From an uncultured archaeon (lineage in GTDB: Archaea; Iainarchaeota; Iainarchaeia; Iainarchaeales; DATDZZ01): a DNA stretch of 7,321 nucleotides. A program made the position numbers and the translations under genes. The stretch covers positions 1-7,321 of the forward strand of contig CAYJVY010000019.1 of the NCBI GenBank assembly GCA_964373795.1, given 5' to 3'. Below, piece by piece: positions 4,823-7,321 of this stretch (within the stretch, counting starts at the first letter, position 1; the number at the start of each line of letters is the position of its first letter). A model generated the notes under the pieces. It did not search any database and had not been told where the DNA came from. It worked only from the letters and a program-made list of their open reading frames with translations.

Positions 4823-7321
4823 ACTTCTGGACAAATAAAAGTTTTGAAAGATTTAGGATTAAGTGATGAACAAATAAACACACTTAACTCATTGTCTTCA
4901 AGTGAAGATTCTGGAAGCGGAGTAATTGATCACACTAATGCTTCTACTGTTGTTCAATTTATTGAAAAAGCTTTTCCTAGTTTACCATTAGATAAAGAAA
5001 TTCAATTAATTGTAATTGATTTAACTGAAAATACCTTTCAAATATCAAATTATACTCCTGGTCAAGCAGTTCCAGAAGAAGAAATTTTTAGAAAAAAACC
5101 TGTAGCTGATGGATTTGTATTAAATCCTGGAGCAGATGTATTTGTTGCAGTTAAAGATCCTTCAAAGCCAAATACAACTGTTGATGTTTTAATTGGAGAA
5201 ACCAAAATTCCAGTTAAACTTAACAGAACAGGAGTAGGAGTTGTTTACGTTCCATATAGTACTGTTACTAGTCTTCCTAAAGATGAGCAAGTTAAACTTT
5301 CTTGGACTGCTCGAGATCCAGAAAACCCAAATAAACCTTTAAGTGGTTCTACTTTAGTTACTTTCACTTCTCCTCGAACTAATTCAAATGTTCCAGGTAA
5401 AGATATAGAAGTAAAAAATTTACAAACTACTTTAACTTTAGCTTATCCTAATGTGATTCCCAATACTGATAGATATCTTTTAACAAAATTTGTAGTTGCT
5501 AGTGATGATGAAAAAGAATCTGGTTGTGCTTTTCCACCTACTGACTTAAAACCAGGATACACCAAAACTTATGTAATTAAAGCAGATATTTTAACTAATC
5601 CAACTAATACAACAGCTTCACTAGGTTTCGATAGTAGTGGAAATACTGTTAATGTTGGAAGTGTAACTGTTAATTCTGCTAGTAAAGTTCTTAGTAATTT
5701 TAAATTAAAGGCAGGAGCAAATGATGATGTTCTTGTTAGATCATTTAAAGTTACTTATAAGGATTCTCCTACTTGTGAAATTTATTTTGGGCATGGCACT
5801 GAAGTTAAAGTTCCAGCCGGGACAACAAAAACATTTAGTCTTAAAGCAGATGTTGATGTAATTTATTCCTCAACTTATACTCGTCAACCAGAACCTGAAC
5901 CCACTTCCACTGTTTCAAGCAATACATTAACTATTACTAATCCAACAAGTGGTTTTGCTGTTGCAGATAATACTATGAATAAGTTTGCTAATATTCGTCT
6001 TTTATTGCCTGGTGGAACTGAAGTAGGTTGTGTAGGATATCCAGGGCAGTCAATGAATCCTAATTCAAGTTCTGTTATAGGTTTTGTTATTACTGGAAGT
6101 GATATAAAAAATGCTGTAAGAGTTGAAAGAAGTTTTGAAGATGTTTCTACTAAGACTAGTGGTGGTGAGAATGTTTCTCTTGCAAAATGGAATTTTACTG
6201 CTTTGAGTACTAATAATGATGTTAAAGTAACTAGTCTAAAAGTAAAGATTAATGGAGTGGACACTTGTTCCTCTGAGTTTCCCCCATTTAAAGTTGCTCC
6301 AGGCGAGTCTAAAATTATTACTTTAGTGGCAGACTTAAGTACAGTAAGTTGTGAAGCTGCTTGCATTGATTGGAGTGCTTGCTCTAACGGCATTCAAACC
6401 CGTACTTGTGGAGTGGTTCCAGTTTCTTGTCCTCAACCCGAAACATCTCGTTCATGCACTGATGCAGTTACTAGTGCTCCTGGACAAATAACTATAACTC
6501 CTGTGGGGCCAACTGGTAATACTCTTGCAAAGTTTGACGTTAAAGCAGGAGGATCTGATTTCACATTAACTTCAATAAAGATTAATGGAGTAGGCATTAA
6601 AGATAAAACTCCTTTTGATGTTTCAATGCAAAATGCATTAGTATCTTTATGGAATGGAAATGTGGAGGCAGCTGACTGTTCTTCAAGTGATTTATGTAGG
6701 ATTAACTTTACTGGAGACTTAGCTACTATTCCTAAAAACAGTTCAGTAACTCTTACAGTTAAAGGAGATTTTATTAAACCGCCTGTAACATCTGGTCCAT
6801 ATGTAGTATTTGATTCATCTACTCCTACTGATTCAACTTCTGCTTGTGTTCCTAATTGGGTTGCAGATCTTACAACTCTTAGTCCTTGGAGTGGGTGGAG
6901 TCCTGAATGGCCCGCTTGTGCTGGAGGAGATCAAACAAGCACTGCAACAGTTACAATGAAGGAAACTAAGTGCGGTAATCCTCCAAAAGTTGACACAGTT
7001 TCTAGGTCAAGGCATTGTAAAGATAAAAAAAGTGGTTCACAGAAATGGATTAGCTTAGGAGACAATGAAAAACAATCAACTACCTACGCTTCAGCAATTG
7101 ATACTGAGAGTGGAACTGTTGTTGCAGCCCCTCCATTGAATGGAATTCCAGTTTACACTATTAGTTTTTCTGATGTGTTTTTTGCTGCTACTGCTAAGGG
7201 TTCTAGTAGTACTCCTGATAAGAGGTTTTATCATGAAGTTGATTTGTCAACAATGCCTAGTGGAATATTTTTGTGGTGGATTAAGGATATTCCAATGCCT
7301 CCGGAGAAAAATATATCTATT
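4766..7321 (+). CDS. Large secreted or lipid-anchored cell-surface protein, 5' part only (852 codons, open to the window edge). It is Thr/Ser/Asn/Val/Gly-rich and built from repeated beta-modules plus TSR-like Cys/Trp modules.
   Basis: I translated it by hand and found no stop from ATG 4766 to 7321, which is exactly 852 codons. An in-frame TAA lies at 4718..4720 just upstream. The N-terminus MFKKLLIAFLVLTILLAGC is a classic signal peptide with a lipobox. Amino-acid usage is coherent along the whole length. The track omits it, presumably because no stop lies within the window. The antisense ORF 5884..6393 lies entirely inside it. Confidence 0.85.
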   Translation, partial: MFKKLLIAFLVLTILLAGCTSGQIKVLKDLGLSDEQINTLNSLSSSEDSGSGVIDHTNASTVVQFIEKAFPSLPLDKEIQLIVIDLTENTFQISNYTPGQAVPEEEIFRKKPVADGFVLNPGADVFVAVKDPSKPNTTVDVLIGETKIPVKLNRTGVGVVYVPYSTVTSLPKDEQVKLSWTARDPENPNKPLSGSTLVTFTSPRTNSNVPGKDIEVKNLQTTLTLAYPNVIPNTDRYLLTKFVVASDDEKESGCAFPPTDLKPGYTKTYVIKADILTNPTNTTASLGFDSSGNTVNVGSVTVNSASKVLSNFKLKAGANDDVLVRSFKVTYKDSPTCEIYFGHGTEVKVPAGTTKTFSLKADVDVIYSSTYTRQPEPEPTSTVSSNTLTITNPTSGFAVADNTMNKFANIRLLLPGGTEVGCVGYPGQSMNPNSSSVIGFVITGSDIKNAVRVERSFEDVSTKTSGGENVSLAKWNFTALSTNNDVKVTSLKVKINGVDTCSSEFPPFKVAPGESKIITLVADLSTVSCEAACIDWSACSNGIQTRTCGVVPVSCPQPETSRSCTDAVTSAPGQITITPVGPTGNTLAKFDVKAGGSDFTLTSIKINGVGIKDKTPFDVSMQNALVSLWNGNVEAADCSSSDLCRINFTGDLATIPKNSSVTLTVKGDFIKPPVTSGPYVVFDSSTPTDSTSACVPNWVADLTTLSPWSGWSPEWPACAGGDQTSTATVTMKETKCGNPPKVDTVSRSRHCKDKKSGSQKWISLGDNEKQSTTYASAIDTESGTVVAAPPLNGIPVYTISFSDVFFAATAKGSSSTPDKRFYHEVDLSTMPSGIFLWWIKDIPMPPEKNISI
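5678..5860 (+). repeat. Protein-level module R1: ASKVLSNFKLKAGANDDVLVRSFKVTYKDSPTCEIYFGHGTEVKVPAGTTKTFSLKADVDV.
   Basis: It shares with R2 and R3 the pattern L-x-K/N-F/W-x-h-x-A-x-x-x-D/N-h-x-h-x-S-h-K-h ... C ... P-(A/G)-G-x-x-K-x-h-x-L-x-A-D. A shorter, weaker copy (R0) lies at 5468..5593: DRYLLTKFVVASDDEKESGCAFPPTDLKPGYTKTYVIKADIL. Confidence 0.5.
6170..6346 (+). repeat. Protein-level module R2: NVSLAKWNFTALSTNNDVKVTSLKVKINGVDTCSSEFPPFKVAPGESKIITLVADLSTV.
   Basis: It follows the same pattern as R1. It also contains the 16-nt string TAAAGATTAATGGAGT (6243..6258), which recurs exactly and in the same frame in R3 (6576..6591). Confidence 0.55.
6350..6457 (+). other. Cys-rich module 1 (6 Cys, 36 aa): CEAACIDWSACSNGIQTRTCGVVPVSCPQPETSRSC. 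Thrombospondin type-1 repeat (TSR)-like.
   Basis: The core WSxCSxxGxQTRTC parallels the TSR consensus WSxCSxTCGxGxQxRxRxC. It has six cysteines and a trailing R-x-C. Confidence 0.5.
6515..6775 (+). repeat. Protein-level module R3: GNTLAKFDVKAGGSDFTLTSIKINGVGIKDKTPFDV...CSSSDLCRINFTGDLATIPKNSSVTLTVKGDFI. This is a longer variant with an insertion.
   Basis: LAKFDVKAGGSDFTLTSIKINGV aligns with LAKWNFTALSTNNDVKVTSLKVKINGV of R2. The ending ...SSVTLTVKGDF parallels ...KTFSLKADV and ...KIITLVADL. Confidence 0.5.
6845..7018 (+). other. Cys/Trp module 2 (4 Cys, 58 aa): CVPNWVADLTTLSPWSGWSPEWPACAGGDQTSTATVTMKETKCGNPPKVDTVSRSRHC. TSR-like tryptophan ladder.
   Basis: W-S-G-W-S-P-E-W (6887..6910), followed by C-x-G-G-x-Q-T and a distal S-R-S-R-x-C, mimics the WxxWxxW...C...GxGxQ...RxR layout of TSRs. 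Confidence 0.45.

Noticed and set aside
5884-6393. 169-aa minus-strand ORF from the track (MPLEQALQSMQ...).
   Set aside because: It lies wholly inside, and antisense to, the 852-codon + strand frame, which has a signal peptide, internal repeats and coherent composition. It has no family resemblance and looks like a shadow ORF.
1-7321. A search for CRISPR arrays, tRNA or rRNA genes, transposase or integrase genes, terminal inverted repeats, and known defence or toxin-antitoxin gene pairs.
   Set aside because: I saw no direct-repeat/spacer periodicity and no cloverleaf-capable GC-rich segments in the short spacers. No recombinase- or nuclease-like ORFs appear beyond the housekeeping MBL hydrolase. 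The non-surface genes look like ordinary core metabolism and tRNA modification.
4766-7321. Compositional difference of the surface-protein gene from its neighbours (somewhat more G+C, different codon mix) as evidence of horizontal transfer.
   Set aside because: The shift is explained by amino-acid composition: Thr/Ser/Gly/Pro/Val-rich secreted protein against Lys/Glu/Ile-rich cytoplasmic proteins. It cannot be evaluated without genome-wide codon statistics.

Overview
The window is AT-rich (roughly 30% GC by eye) and very gene-dense, with overlapping gene ends and spacers of only 60-140 bp. This suggests a reduced-genome uncultivated prokaryote. I lean towards a DPANN-type archaeon: there are no Shine-Dalgarno sequences, and TATA-like boxes sit about 26 nt upstream of several start codons. 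A CPR bacterium is not excluded, because the TGT is bacterial-type and two proteins carry lipoboxes. In order, the window contains: the 3' tail of an upstream gene (1..75); a DUF192 secreted or lipoprotein gene overlapping a YggS PLP-homeostasis gene (same strand, probably one operon); a convergent bacterial-type tRNA-guanine transglycosylase; a small MBL-fold (RNase Z/ElaC-like) hydrolase; and a convergent, overlapping 487-aa orphan 4-TM membrane protein. The largest gene is not in the supplied ORF track: an 852-codon open frame (4766..7321, + strand) that runs off the window edge. It encodes a lipobox-bearing, Thr/Ser/Asn/Val-rich surface protein. The protein is built from degenerate beta-strand-like modules alternating with cysteine/tryptophan modules that resemble thrombospondin type-1 repeats. 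This gene and its divergent membrane-protein neighbour are the best candidate for something novel, possibly a cell-surface or host-attachment module. I saw no rRNA, tRNA, CRISPR array, transposase or integrase, and no recognisable defence or toxin system. All five internal antisense ORFs in the track look like shadow ORFs.
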